The notes below the pieces were generated by a model. It was not told the DNA's origin and made no database searches. It worked only from the letters and a program-made list of their open reading frames with translations. Shown in pieces: positions 33,220 to 42,839 of a DNA stretch of 53,072 nt. Source of the stretch: Deltaproteobacteria bacterium. Lineage in GTDB: Bacteria > Desulfobacterota > Binatia > UBA12015. Within the stretch, counting starts at the first letter, position 1, and each line of letters opens with the position of its first letter. The DNA is taken from the NCBI GenBank assembly GCA_046583355.1, contig JAYGCM010000031.1, positions 1-53,072 on the forward strand, read 5' to 3'. A program made the translations under genes and the position numbers.

Positions 33220-34552
33220 AGGCCTGGGTAATCGCGATCATCTGCTCCAAGGCCCGCCGCGCGTCACGGACCAATTGCGAGCGCTCGGCTGGTGCCAGGC
33301 GCTCGCGGCGCGCGGTGATCTCGTCGATGCTATCGCCCGGTAGGACCCGGTTCAGGTCGGGTGCTTCGCCGCGGCGCAGGAGGTCGAGCATGGCAACCAG
33401 ATGCGGCGGGTCGTTGCGTGACATGGTGGCGCAGCCGCAGCCCATGGAGCTGAATTCAGGCGAGGGAATATCGGCCAGGTTTACGACTTCGACGCCGCGC
33501 AGGGCGGCCTGCTCGCGCGCGTTCTGCACGAAATGGCCCTCGGTGCCGATGGCGATTTTGTCGCCCGCGACGGCATCGCTGACGGCCCCCCAGAGGAATT
33601 TCGTCGAGCCGGCACCGTCGGCCGCGTCGACTACTTTTTTGGGGCATTCGGGGTGGACCAATACGCGGTAGCCGCGCTCGCGCCACCACTCGATATGGGC
33701 CGGGCGGAAGACCGTGTGCACACCGCAGAAGCTGCCCCAGAGAATCATTTTTGCGTTGTCGAGGTGCTGGACATCCGCGGCCTCCATCGAGGCAATGGTG
33801 CTGGCTGCGCCCTCTATGCCGCCGCCCCAGAAGAAGAGCTGCGCCGGGTCGACGCCACACCAGCCGGCTACGACCTCGCCGAGGTGGCGGTCGGGCACGA
33901 AGAAGATGCGCTTGTTCTGCTCCAAGGCCCAATGGACGACGGCCTTGGCATTGGAGCTGGTACAGACGGCACCGCCGGTACGTCCTGCCATCGCCTTCAC
34001 GCGCCCGGAGGTATTCATGTAGGCGATGACGAGAATCTCGTCGCCGTAGCGCGCCTGCAGGTCCTCGAAGACGGGCTCGACCATATAGTCCTTGGCCATC
34101 ATCTCCATGGTGCAGCCGGATTTCGGGTTGGTGATCCAGACCTCCTGGTCGTCGTTGGCGAGCAGGGCGATGGACTCGGCCATGAAATGCACGGCGGACT
34201 CGACGATCACCTTCTTTTCCGGCTGGGAACGCGCCTGTAGAGCCAACTCATAGGAGTCCGCGACGCGCCCACCGTAGCGTTCGACCAGTTTTACGATTTC
34301 GCCGCCCATATAATAATGTGCCAGCAGCAGGAGGGAGTCGCCAAAATGGTCCAGCGCTGGGCGCAGGTAGCCATCCATCCAAGGCAGGATGGTGGCCGGC
34401 AGGCGGTCGGGGAGGGCGTGGTATTCCTCGGCGTAGCTTTTGAACTCTTCCTGATCCCAATCGAGCGGCAGATCCTGCTGGCAGATCGGCATATCCGGTA
34501 TGAGCTGGATTCCGCTCGACGGCGTGGCGGGGACTGGACTCGGTGCACTCAT
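33203..34552 (-). CDS. nadA: Quinolinate synthase
   Basis: LAHYY, VHFMAES, three Fe-S cysteines (SGCTM, FCGVH, GCATM), AYMNTS, VCTSSNA and VHPEC. Confidence 0.92.
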   Translation of the reverse strand: MSAPSPVPATPSSGIQLIPDMPICQQDLPLDWDQEEFKSYAEEYHALPDRLPATILPWMDGYLRPALDHFGDSLLLLAHYYMGGEIVKLVERYGGRVADSYELALQARSQPEKKVIVESAVHFMAESIALLANDDQEVWITNPKSGCTMEMMAKDYMVEPVFEDLQARYGDEILVIAYMNTSGRVKAMAGRTGGAVCTSSNAKAVVHWALEQNKRIFFVPDRHLGEVVAGWCGVDPAQLFFWGGGIEGAASTIASMEAADVQHLDNAKMILWGSFCGVHTVFRPAHIEWWRERGYRVLVHPECPKKVVDAADGAGSTKFLWGAVSDAVAGDKIAIGTEGHFVQNAREQAALRGVEVVNLADIPSPEFSSMGCGCATMSRNDPPHLVAMLDLLRRGEAPDLNRVLPGDSIDEITARRERLAPAERSQLVRDARRALEQMIAITQASTRPA

Positions 34553-34669
34553 CCTGCCCGACCATAGCGAGGGAGCCACGCTCTCGCGAGACGCTGGTGA
34601 GGAGCCGCAATCGACGCTTTTTGTGTCGCGCCCGACTTTGTGGCCGGGCTTTCAGGCTCAGGTTCAGTC

Positions 34670-35785
34670 TCAGGCGATCGCGAGTGCGAGCTGGCTGCGG
34701 CTCGCTTTGGGGCGACGGAAGCCGCGCGTTTCGAGCAGCGGCAAGGGGGCGTCGAGACCATAGCGGCGGGCGCTGGCGCGGAAGAGGGCGTCGAGTTGTT
34801 TGGCGTACTCGCCTTCGCCGCGCATGCGCTGGCCGAAGCCTCCCTGGGAGAGTTTGCCGGCACGGGTCTCGCGGATGAGGTTCTCGATCTTGCGCCGGGC
34901 CAGAGGGCGGTGGCGCTCCAGCCAATCGAGGAAGAGTTTGTCGACGGGCTCGGGGAGGCGCAGCAGTGTCCAGGATGCCGATTGTGCGCCGGCCTCGGCC
35001 GCCGCTCCGAGGATGGCCGGCATTTCGGAGTCGTTGAGGCCCGGGATGATGGGGGCGGCAATGACCCCGGTGGGGATGCCGGCGTCCGCGAGGCGGCGCA
35101 CGGCTTCGAGCCGACGTGCGGGGCTGGAGGCGCGCGGTTCGAGGCGTCGGGCCAAGTCTGGGTCGAGGGTGGTGATGGAGATCCGAACCTGGGCGGCTTT
35201 GTGTTTGGCCAATGCTTTGAGCAGGTCGACATCGCGCGCGACCAGAGATGATTTGGTGATGATGACGACCGGGTTGCGGGCTTCGACCAGTACCTCGAGG
35301 CAGCTGCGCGTGAGGCGTAATTGGCGCTCGACGGGCTGGTAGCAATCGGTTGCTCCGGAGAGTGCGATGACCTCGCCCTTCCATTTCTTCGCGGCCAACG
35401 CGCGGCGTAACTGCGCGGGCGCATCTTCTTTGACGAGGATGCGACTCTCGAAATCGCTGCCCGCGTTGAAGCCGAGCTTCTCGTGGGTCGGGCGTGCGTA
35501 GCAATAGACGCAGCCATGCTCACAGCCACGGTAGGGGTTGATGCTCCAATCAAACCCGATATCCGGTGAATGGTTCTTCGATAGGATGGTGCGGGAGTGG
35601 TCACGCAGGAAATGGGTGCGTAGGCGCGGTGGGGGAAAGTCCGGATCTTGCCAGGTGGTGCCGTCTTCGGCCAGGGCGCGTGCGTTCTCGGGCCGGGCAT
35701 GGGGGTCGAGTTCGACGTGCAGCGTCTCATAGCGGTTGGGGGGCGTCTGGGCCGTGCCCCGGCCCGGGAGTGCGAGAGTAGACAT
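34670..35785 (-). CDS. PA0069/Rv2578c-family radical SAM protein (spore photoproduct lyase-like)
   Basis: SPDIGFDWSINPYRGCEHGCVYCYARPTHE, TDCYQPVER, TKS, LEPRASSP and APIIPGLND motifs. Confidence 0.92.
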   Translation of the reverse strand: MSTLALPGRGTAQTPPNRYETLHVELDPHARPENARALAEDGTTWQDPDFPPPRLRTHFLRDHSRTILSKNHSPDIGFDWSINPYRGCEHGCVYCYARPTHEKLGFNAGSDFESRILVKEDAPAQLRRALAAKKWKGEVIALSGATDCYQPVERQLRLTRSCLEVLVEARNPVVIITKSSLVARDVDLLKALAKHKAAQVRISITTLDPDLARRLEPRASSPARRLEAVRRLADAGIPTGVIAAPIIPGLNDSEMPAILGAAAEAGAQSASWTLLRLPEPVDKLFLDWLERHRPLARRKIENLIRETRAGKLSQGGFGQRMRGEGEYAKQLDALFRASARRYGLDAPLPLLETRGFRRPKASRSQLALAIA

Positions 35786-35844
35786 TCGTGATCTATTCGC
35801 CCTTTACTCGAGGCGAGTCAAGCCTTGGGCGAAAGAAAAGTGAA
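35784..35844. promoter_or_regulatory. Candidate operator: direct repeats with 11-bp period (possible LexA boxes)
   Basis: ATTCG at 35784, ATTCG at 35795 and ACTCG at 35806, plus an opposite-orientation pair GCGAA at 35829 / GTGAA at 35840. They flank a minus-strand TTGACT (35816-35821). Confidence 0.4.
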
Positions 35845-35927
35845 AACCGTGAAATTTGCAGGGAAATCCAAGTCGTTTCGGTTCGCGCGGCTGGATTCAC
35901 TCAAGCGAATCTGGCAGAAATCCGGCC

Positions 35928-36929
35928 ATGGCAGAGAAACTCGGAGTGGTGCCCTTTTGGAAAGGCTACGATCGTCGTGAGGTTCTGCGCATCGCGCAGA
36001 CCGCGGAGGACCTCGGTTACGACTCTATCTGGATTCCCGAGGCTTGGTCCTACGAGCAATTTCAGCTCCTCACCGAGATCGCGCTGTCTACCCGCACGAT
36101 CAAGCTCGCCACCGGCATCGCGAATGTCTACAGCCGCTCGGCCGGCCTGCTGGCGATGAGTGCCGCGACCCTCGACGAGATCTCCGAGGGGCGTGTGATC
36201 CTCGGTCTCGGCACCAGTGGTAAAAATGTCGTCGAGAACTTTCATGGCGTCGCTTATAAAAAACCACTGACCCGGCTGCGCGAGACGATTGGAATCTGCA
36301 AGACCCTCTGGCGCGGCGAGCGCCTCTCGCCCGAGCTGAGCACGCTGGCCGACCTACGCCATTTCAAATTGGAGATGACGACGACCCGGCCGAATATTCC
36401 GATCTACGTTGCCTCGTTGCAGCAAAAGGCGATCACCGAGATCGGACGTATTGCGGACGGCTGGGTGCCGACCTTCTGGCCCTACGAACATTACGAAGAA
36501 GGTCTGAAATGGATCGCCGAGGGCGCGCGTGAGGCCGGGCGCGACCCGTCCGAGATCGAACTCGCGCCATTTATGGGGATCGTGCCGGTTGCCGACCTCG
36601 AGTTCGCGCGCGGTGCGCTGAAGCCGATGATCGCCTTCTATATCGGCGGCATGGGGAAGTATTACCACGCGCTCTTCTGCCGCTTCGGTTTTCAGGAAAA
36701 CGCGGACCTGGTGCGGGATCTCTACAACGCGGGCAATCGAAAAGAAGCGACGGCGGCGGTCAGCGATGCGTTGGTCGACGCGATCGCCATCTGCGGCGCG
36801 CCGGAATATTGCCGTGAGAAAATCGCGGATTGGCGCGCCCAAGGGATGGGGACGGGCCTGGTGACGCTTGGCCCGGGCACCAGCCTGGAGTTGGCCAAAG
36901 GAATTCTGGAAGCCGTTGCGGGCTCCTGA
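35928..36929 (+). CDS. LLM-class (luciferase-like, possibly F420-dependent) oxidoreductase
   Basis: AEDLGYDSIWIPE, IKLATGIANVYSR, TLDEISEGRVILGLG, PIYVA and IADGW motifs. Confidence 0.9.
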   Translation: MAEKLGVVPFWKGYDRREVLRIAQTAEDLGYDSIWIPEAWSYEQFQLLTEIALSTRTIKLATGIANVYSRSAGLLAMSAATLDEISEGRVILGLGTSGKNVVENFHGVAYKKPLTRLRETIGICKTLWRGERLSPELSTLADLRHFKLEMTTTRPNIPIYVASLQQKAITEIGRIADGWVPTFWPYEHYEEGLKWIAEGAREAGRDPSEIELAPFMGIVPVADLEFARGALKPMIAFYIGGMGKYYHALFCRFGFQENADLVRDLYNAGNRKEATAAVSDALVDAIAICGAPEYCREKIADWRAQGMGTGLVTLGPGTSLELAKGILEAVAGS

Positions 36930-37043
36930 CGGAGGCGGCTGTGGCTGCGTTTGCGGGCGAGGTATGGGGGCACGAACGGATCGCCTGCGGCCAAACGCGA
37001 AAGATCCTTCTGATCCCCTGTGGCCTGTGCTAGTTTCGCCCGA

Positions 37044-38576
37044 ATGAAGGTCTGCTTCATAAGACCGCCCTTCGTGGAATTGCGCTACCAGATGGTCGCG
37101 TTACCGGTTCCGCCGATCGGCTTTGCCTATGTTGTTGCCGCTGCCCGAGCGGCGGGGCACGAGGCCGTCGTGATCGACGCCATCGGCGAGGCGCCCGACC
37201 AGGTGACGCCGCTGGAAGAGCTCCGTTTTGCCTGCCGCGGACTGACCGTCGAGGAGGTCGTCGAGCGGGTTCCGACGGATGCGGATGCCTATGCGGTCTC
37301 GGTGATGTTCTCGCAGGATTGGGGCTACGTCCGGCGCTTGACCACTGCGTTGAAAGAGCGCTTTCCCAAAGCCGCGATGATCGCCGGCGGCGAGGCCATC
37401 ACGGCATTGCCCGAATATTCTATCGAGACCGGCGCGCTCGACCACGCTGTACTCGGTGAGGGCGAGGAGACCATCGTTGACCTGCTCGATGCCATCGCCA
37501 GCGGTCGCTCCTGCGAGGAAGTGCCCGGCATTGTGACGCGCGTTGGCGACCGGTTCGTGCGCACCGAGCCGCGGCCGCGCATCCGGCAGATCGACGAAGT
37601 GGTGCGGCCGGCCTGGGATCTCTTCCCAATCGAGAACTATCTCGAGCGTGGGCTCAGCTTTGGCGTGGACCGCGGCCGGACAATGCCACTTCTGGCTACC
37701 CGCGGCTGCCCGTACCAATGTACTTTCTGCTCCAGTCCCAGCATGTGGACGACGCGCTGGACGGCGCGTGACCCGGCCGAGGTCCTCGACGAGATCGAGT
37801 ATTATCAACAGACCTACGACGTCCATAGCTTCGATTTCTACGACCTGACGGCGATCATCAAACGCGATTGGATTCTCGACTTCTGCAAACGCATTCAGGA
37901 TCGCGGTCTCACCTTCGTCTGGCAATTGCCCACCGGCACGCGCTCGGAGGCGATTGACGACGACGTCGCCGAGGCGCTCTATACAACCGGCTGTCGCAAT
38001 ATTACCTACGCGCCCGAGAGCGGCTCGCCCGAGGAATTGCGCCGCATCAAGAAGAAAATCAAGATCTCCACCATGCTCGACTCGATGCGTTCGTGCATTC
38101 GGCACGGGCTGAAGGTGAAGGCCAATATCGTTCTCGGCTTTCCCGAGGAGACGCCGAAGGATCTTTTCTATACTTTTCTTTTCCTCATACGGATGGCTGT
38201 GGCGGGCGTATCGGATGCGCTCGTCTTCCTCTTCGAGCCCTATCCGGGCACGGTTCTCTACGACCAATTGCGCGAGCAGGGAAAAATGCCGCCGCCCAGT
38301 GATGAGTATTTCCTGGCCTTGATGTGTGGCGGTGACCTGGCCCATTCGGTTTCCTTCACTGAACACCTGAGCGCGCGGCAACTCGGCATTGCGCGCGTCG
38401 CCGCGATGGTCGTCTTTTATTCGGTGAGCTATCTGGTGCGGCCGTGGCGCATTTTCCAGAACATCTTTCACCTTGCGACCGGGCGCCACGAGACTTTGCT
38501 GGAGAAGGGCCTCGCGAATCTCTTCGCGCGGCGCAATGCAAAAGAGCCGCCGCGCGAGCTTGCCGGCAAGGTATGA
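37044..38576 (+). CDS. Cobalamin-binding radical SAM protein (class B methyltransferase-like)
   Basis: N-terminal B12-binding-like region (PPIGFAYV, AGGEAIT, GEGEET), ATRGCPYQCTFC, APESGS, IVLGFPEET and PYPGT motifs. Confidence 0.9.
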   Translation: MKVCFIRPPFVELRYQMVALPVPPIGFAYVVAAARAAGHEAVVIDAIGEAPDQVTPLEELRFACRGLTVEEVVERVPTDADAYAVSVMFSQDWGYVRRLTTALKERFPKAAMIAGGEAITALPEYSIETGALDHAVLGEGEETIVDLLDAIASGRSCEEVPGIVTRVGDRFVRTEPRPRIRQIDEVVRPAWDLFPIENYLERGLSFGVDRGRTMPLLATRGCPYQCTFCSSPSMWTTRWTARDPAEVLDEIEYYQQTYDVHSFDFYDLTAIIKRDWILDFCKRIQDRGLTFVWQLPTGTRSEAIDDDVAEALYTTGCRNITYAPESGSPEELRRIKKKIKISTMLDSMRSCIRHGLKVKANIVLGFPEETPKDLFYTFLFLIRMAVAGVSDALVFLFEPYPGTVLYDQLREQGKMPPPSDEYFLALMCGGDLAHSVSFTEHLSARQLGIARVAAMVVFYSVSYLVRPWRIFQNIFHLATGRHETLLEKGLANLFARRNAKEPPRELAGKV

Positions 38577-38658
38577 GTCCCGCACGGGCGGGGTTGTAGC
38601 CCGGAAGCTGCCTACCTTGCGAAGATCGCGTGGCTGGTCATAAAGGGGCGGGGCGGAA

Positions 38659-40356
38659 GTGGTGGAAGTGAAGGCAGGCGAGAGCACGACGGGCTTCGGT
38701 AGATTCGAGATCGCCGCTCTTGGCGTGGTGGCGCTTGCCGCGGCGCTTCGTGTCTGGGGGATCGATGCCGGTCTGCCGCATCTGATGACCCGGCCCGACG
38801 AAGAAATCCTGGTGCTGCAGACGCGCTTTCCGGCCCAAGGCAGCTTCAATATCGAGTGGCCGGGGCAGCATCCGGGAATTCCCAGCGCCTATATCTATTT
38901 GCTCTGGGCCTGGGGTGCCGTGGGGCTCAAACTCGGACAGCTCTTTGGCGCGGCACCGGCGGGCGACTATCTTGCGGTTCTGGGGCAGAGCCCGGATCGG
39001 CTTCTCCTGGCGCAGCGATTCCTCTCGGTTGCGGCGGGCACAGCAACCGTGGTGGCCTTGTTGTGGGCGGCGCGGCGCGAACTCGGGGCCAGAGTCGCGA
39101 TTCTGGCCGGGTTGATCCTCGCCACCTGTGTTTTTCATGTGCGGGATTCCCATTCCATCAAGCCCGATATTGCGGTGGGCTTGTTCACCATTCTGGCACT
39201 CGGCATGCTGGCGCCGGTGGCGCGAAACCTGACGCGCCGTGGGGCCTGTCTGGCTGGCCTGACCATCGGCCTGGCTATGGCGATGAAGCCGCCTGGTGTT
39301 CTGCTTCTCCTGCCGGCCTGGGTCGCCTGCGTACAGGGGGGCTCGAAGAAGGGCTGGCGTAGGATTCTGCCGTCGGAGGTATTTCTTCTCGGCACCATCG
39401 CCGGGGTGGTTTTCATTGCGACTTCGCCGGATTTTGTCTTCAATCCTGAGACGGCGGCTCGCATCATCGCCATTCCGGGCTTCGTGTTGCCGAAGCTCTT
39501 CGGTTCCGGGGCTACCACCCTGGTCAGCGGCGCCACGGGCGCGGCGGCGCAAGCGCAGACATGGCCGGGGCTTCTTTACCATTACGAATTTTCCTTGCGT
39601 TACGCATTCGGTTTGCCGGCAGTCATTCTTTTGCCGATGGCTCTGATCTGGGGCTTCTTCTCGCGCCAGACCTTCGCTTCCCTTTGTTCTATTTTCTTCG
39701 TGATGGCGTATCTGGTTTTCGCAACCTCGCCGGTCCTGCTCTCGCGCTATATGACGCCGATGCTGCCGGTGGCCGCTTTGCTGATGGCGGCCGGGTTGGT
39801 TGCGGCCGTAGATGGTTTGCTGGCGGCGCAGCCGCGCTACCGCAATCCGGTGCTCGTGGTTCTGGCCGTGCTGCTCCTCTGGGAGCCGACCAGCGCATCG
39901 CTGCGTTTCGACCGGCTGATGGCCACCCCCGATACGCGTGTGCAGGCAAATGAATGGATGGCCGAGCATACGAAGAAGGGCCAGCGAATCGCTTTGCAGG
40001 GTGGCGTCTTTTGGACCTGGGGGGATCCGCAGATTCCGCGCGGGCGCAAGGTTCTGCGACCCGGACTGGCGCAAGCGGATCTGCTTGCGGCAAAGCCCGA
40101 TTTTCTTGTCGTACACGACCACCCGCTCTTTGCCTCGGCAACCGATTGGCAGGCCATTGCCGCGCTGGACTCCTCGCTGGCGCTGGTGGCTGAGTTCGAC
40201 CCCTTCGTCGAGGGCGCCGACGCGGCCATCTATGAGAGCCAGGATGCCTTCTATCTGCCGACGCGCGGCTACCGGGCGGTACGCGCGCCGGGGCCATTGA
40301 TCCGGATTTACGCAGTGACCACCGCAAGGCCCGCAGGCTTTCCCGAGGTGCCTTAG
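38659..40356 (+). CDS. GT-C membrane glycosyltransferase (ArnT/PMT, GT39/GT83-like), paralog 1
   Basis: First TM followed by LRVWG...RPDEE acidic loop, SHSIKPD, GLAMAMK, SRYMTPMLP, many TM segments and a C-terminal soluble domain. Confidence 0.8.
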   Translation: MVEVKAGESTTGFGRFEIAALGVVALAAALRVWGIDAGLPHLMTRPDEEILVLQTRFPAQGSFNIEWPGQHPGIPSAYIYLLWAWGAVGLKLGQLFGAAPAGDYLAVLGQSPDRLLLAQRFLSVAAGTATVVALLWAARRELGARVAILAGLILATCVFHVRDSHSIKPDIAVGLFTILALGMLAPVARNLTRRGACLAGLTIGLAMAMKPPGVLLLLPAWVACVQGGSKKGWRRILPSEVFLLGTIAGVVFIATSPDFVFNPETAARIIAIPGFVLPKLFGSGATTLVSGATGAAAQAQTWPGLLYHYEFSLRYAFGLPAVILLPMALIWGFFSRQTFASLCSIFFVMAYLVFATSPVLLSRYMTPMLPVAALLMAAGLVAAVDGLLAAQPRYRNPVLVVLAVLLLWEPTSASLRFDRLMATPDTRVQANEWMAEHTKKGQRIALQGGVFWTWGDPQIPRGRKVLRPGLAQADLLAAKPDFLVVHDHPLFASATDWQAIAALDSSLALVAEFDPFVEGADAAIYESQDAFYLPTRGYRAVRAPGPLIRIYAVTTARPAGFPEVP

Positions 40357-42027
40357 GTGGGCAACCGCTTCGCCGCGCGGCCAGGAGTCTGCTCGACGGT
40401 CGGCCGCTTCGAGCTCGCGGCGCTTGCCATTGTCGCGATCGCCGCTGCGCTGCGCGTCTGGGGGCTCGACGCCGGTCTGCCTCATCTGATGACGCGTCCG
40501 GATGAAGAATTGATTGTCCTGCAGACGCGTCTGCCCGCATCGGGAATCTTTGACCTCACGTGGCCCGGGCTCCACCCCGGAATTCCCAGTGCCTATATCT
40601 ATCTTCTCTGGGTCTGGGGCGAGCTGGGCTTACCGATTCTGCAACTCGCCGGTGCCGCGCCTGCCGGAGATTATCTCACCGTTTTGCAGGATTTTCCGGA
40701 TCGATTGCTCCTGGCCGAGAGATTCTTTTCTGCTTGCGCGGGTACGGCCACGGTGGCGGTTCTGATCTGGGTGGCACGCCGCGAGCTCGGGTCGAAGGTC
40801 GCGATTCTGGCCGGGCTCATCCTTGCCGTATCGGTTTTTCATGTGCGCGATTCGCATTCCGCCAAACCGGATATTGCACTGGGCCTCTTCACCATTCTCG
40901 CACTCGGCTTGCTCGCACCGCTGGCGCGCGCGCTCACGCGGCGCGGCGCGGCCGTGGCTGGTCTGGCCATCGGCATGGCGATGGCGATGAAGTTGCCTGG
41001 TGTCCTGCTGCTGCTGCCGGCCTGGGTGGCCTGCATGCAGGGAAGCGCGCAAACCGGTTGGCGGCGGATCTTGCCGCTCGAGATCTTCGTTCTCGGCGGC
41101 GTAGCGGCGATCTTTTTTGTCGCGACATCACCGGATTTCGTCTTCAACGCAGAGACCGCGGCGCGGATCATGGCAATTCCCGGCCTGGCCTTTCCCCAAA
41201 TTTCCGGTTCAACTGTGTCGGATCCGGCCGGCGCGGCGGGGCTCGCGAGCCCGCGTGAGTGGCCGGGATTTCTCTATCATCTCGAATTTTCGTTGCGTTA
41301 TGCGCTCGGCCTGCCCGCCGTATTCCTGCTGCCTTTCGCTCTGGTCTGGGGGGTATTCGCACGCGATTCCATCGCAACGCTTTGCGTGATCTTCTTCGTG
41401 ACGGCCTATCTGGTCTTTGGTGCCTCGCCCGCGCTGCTCTCGCGTTATATGACTCCGCTCTTGCCGGTGGTGGCGCTTTTGGTGGCAGCTCTGGTCGTCG
41501 CCATGCTCGAGCGCGTCGCGGCAAGGCGGCCGCGCCTTCGCGATACGGCTTTGCTGGTCTGCGGTCTGGTTCTTTTGCAGGAGCCTCTGATGGCCTCGCT
41601 GCGCTTTGATCGGCTCATGGCGGTGGAAGATACCCGCGTCACGGCCCATGGATGGCTGCGGGAGCATACTGCCCACAGCGATCGGATCGCTCTATCGGGC
41701 GCAGCCCTGTGGTTCTGGGGTGACCCGCAGATTCCGGCGGGGCGCGAGATTCTGCGGCCAGGCCTGCGGGGCGATGCGCTGCACGGTGCCGCGGCCGACT
41801 ATCTCGTCGTGCATGATCACCCGCTTTTTTCCTCGGTCGCTGATTGGGACGCGGTAGCCGCGCTGGGCCCGTCGGCCCGGTTGGTGGCGGAATTCGATCC
41901 CTTCGTCGAAGGTGCGGGCCCGGTGGTCTATGAGGCCCAGGACGCTTTCTACCTTCCCACCCGCGGCTACCAGACGGTGCGCGCGCCGGGGCCGCTGATC
42001 CGGATCTATTCTTTGCGCGACGAATGA
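40357..42027 (+). CDS. GT-C membrane glycosyltransferase (ArnT/PMT-like), paralog 2
   Basis: Same motifs as the upstream gene and colinear with it over the full length; starts immediately after its stop. Confidence 0.8.
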   Translation: MGNRFAARPGVCSTVGRFELAALAIVAIAAALRVWGLDAGLPHLMTRPDEELIVLQTRLPASGIFDLTWPGLHPGIPSAYIYLLWVWGELGLPILQLAGAAPAGDYLTVLQDFPDRLLLAERFFSACAGTATVAVLIWVARRELGSKVAILAGLILAVSVFHVRDSHSAKPDIALGLFTILALGLLAPLARALTRRGAAVAGLAIGMAMAMKLPGVLLLLPAWVACMQGSAQTGWRRILPLEIFVLGGVAAIFFVATSPDFVFNAETAARIMAIPGLAFPQISGSTVSDPAGAAGLASPREWPGFLYHLEFSLRYALGLPAVFLLPFALVWGVFARDSIATLCVIFFVTAYLVFGASPALLSRYMTPLLPVVALLVAALVVAMLERVAARRPRLRDTALLVCGLVLLQEPLMASLRFDRLMAVEDTRVTAHGWLREHTAHSDRIALSGAALWFWGDPQIPAGREILRPGLRGDALHGAAADYLVVHDHPLFSSVADWDAVAALGPSARLVAEFDPFVEGAGPVVYEAQDAFYLPTRGYQTVRAPGPLIRIYSLRDE

Positions 42028-42028
42028 A

Positions 42029-42682
42029 TCAGAGCCAGGTACGGGCGCGGTAATAGAGCAGGCCCAGGCCTTCGTGGATCGCCTGGGAGAGGAGGCTGGC
42101 ACGTGCCGGCGGCTCGCCTTCGATGCGGGGTACGGCGGCGGCACCAATGGCGATATCGCAACTCTCAAAGCAGAGGCGCGCGCGCCGCATATGCAGCGCG
42201 CTGGTGACCAACGTCGCCGAGCGGATGCCGCGGGCGGCGAGTAGGTCGGCTACCTCTTCGGCGTTCTCAGCTGTACGGCTGGAGAGAGGCTCCTCGAGGA
42301 TGGCATCGGCTGGTACGCCGCAGGAACGCGCGAGTTCTGCCATCGCGGTGGAACTCACGGGTCGGCCTGGTCGGCGTGGTCCGCCGCTCACGACGAAGAG
42401 GGCCTGCGGGGCCGCGCGATGCAATTCGGCGGCGTATTGCACGCGCCCGATGCTGGTTGCGTTCAGGTGGCCGGTCGAGCGGATGCCGCCCGAGAGAACG
42501 ACGATGGCGGGACGCGCGCGCAGGTCGTCCTCGACCCGCAACGCGCGAGCAAGAGCACTGGCGAAGTGGTCGAAACCACGCTCCAGGGCGGTCTCGCCCA
42601 ATGCTTCGATACGTCGCTCGACCCAGCGCCGCACGCGAATTTCGCGCGGGCTATAGCGCTTGCTCGGGGGAAGGGTGTCCAT
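42029..42682 (-). CDS. YdcF/ElyC/SanA family protein (DUF218)
   Basis: AIVVLSGG, VSGG, SSRTAENA, LVTSALHMRRA and HEGLGLLYY motifs. Confidence 0.9.
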   Translation of the reverse strand: MDTLPPSKRYSPREIRVRRWVERRIEALGETALERGFDHFASALARALRVEDDLRARPAIVVLSGGIRSTGHLNATSIGRVQYAAELHRAAPQALFVVSGGPRRPGRPVSSTAMAELARSCGVPADAILEEPLSSRTAENAEEVADLLAARGIRSATLVTSALHMRRARLCFESCDIAIGAAAVPRIEGEPPARASLLSQAIHEGLGLLYYRARTWL

Positions 42683-42839
42683 TGCCCAGGCAGTCTACCG
42701 GATCCGGTCGGTCTTCGGCAGAGCCCGTTTGAGCGGGATTTTCGCTCGTATGGCGCAGATGCGCTATGGAAGTCCCGCAAGAGTGCCGGCACCGGGTATT
42801 CCTCGGCGCCGAATCGGTCGATTGAAAGCTGGAGTCTAG

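Noticed and set aside
37101..40575. Long minus-strand ORFs of 582 aa (37101-38849) and 645 aa (38638-40575), and similar antisense ORFs across the window
   Set aside because: They are antisense shadows of well-supported genes in GC-rich DNA, are Arg/Ala/Pro-rich and show no recognisable motifs.
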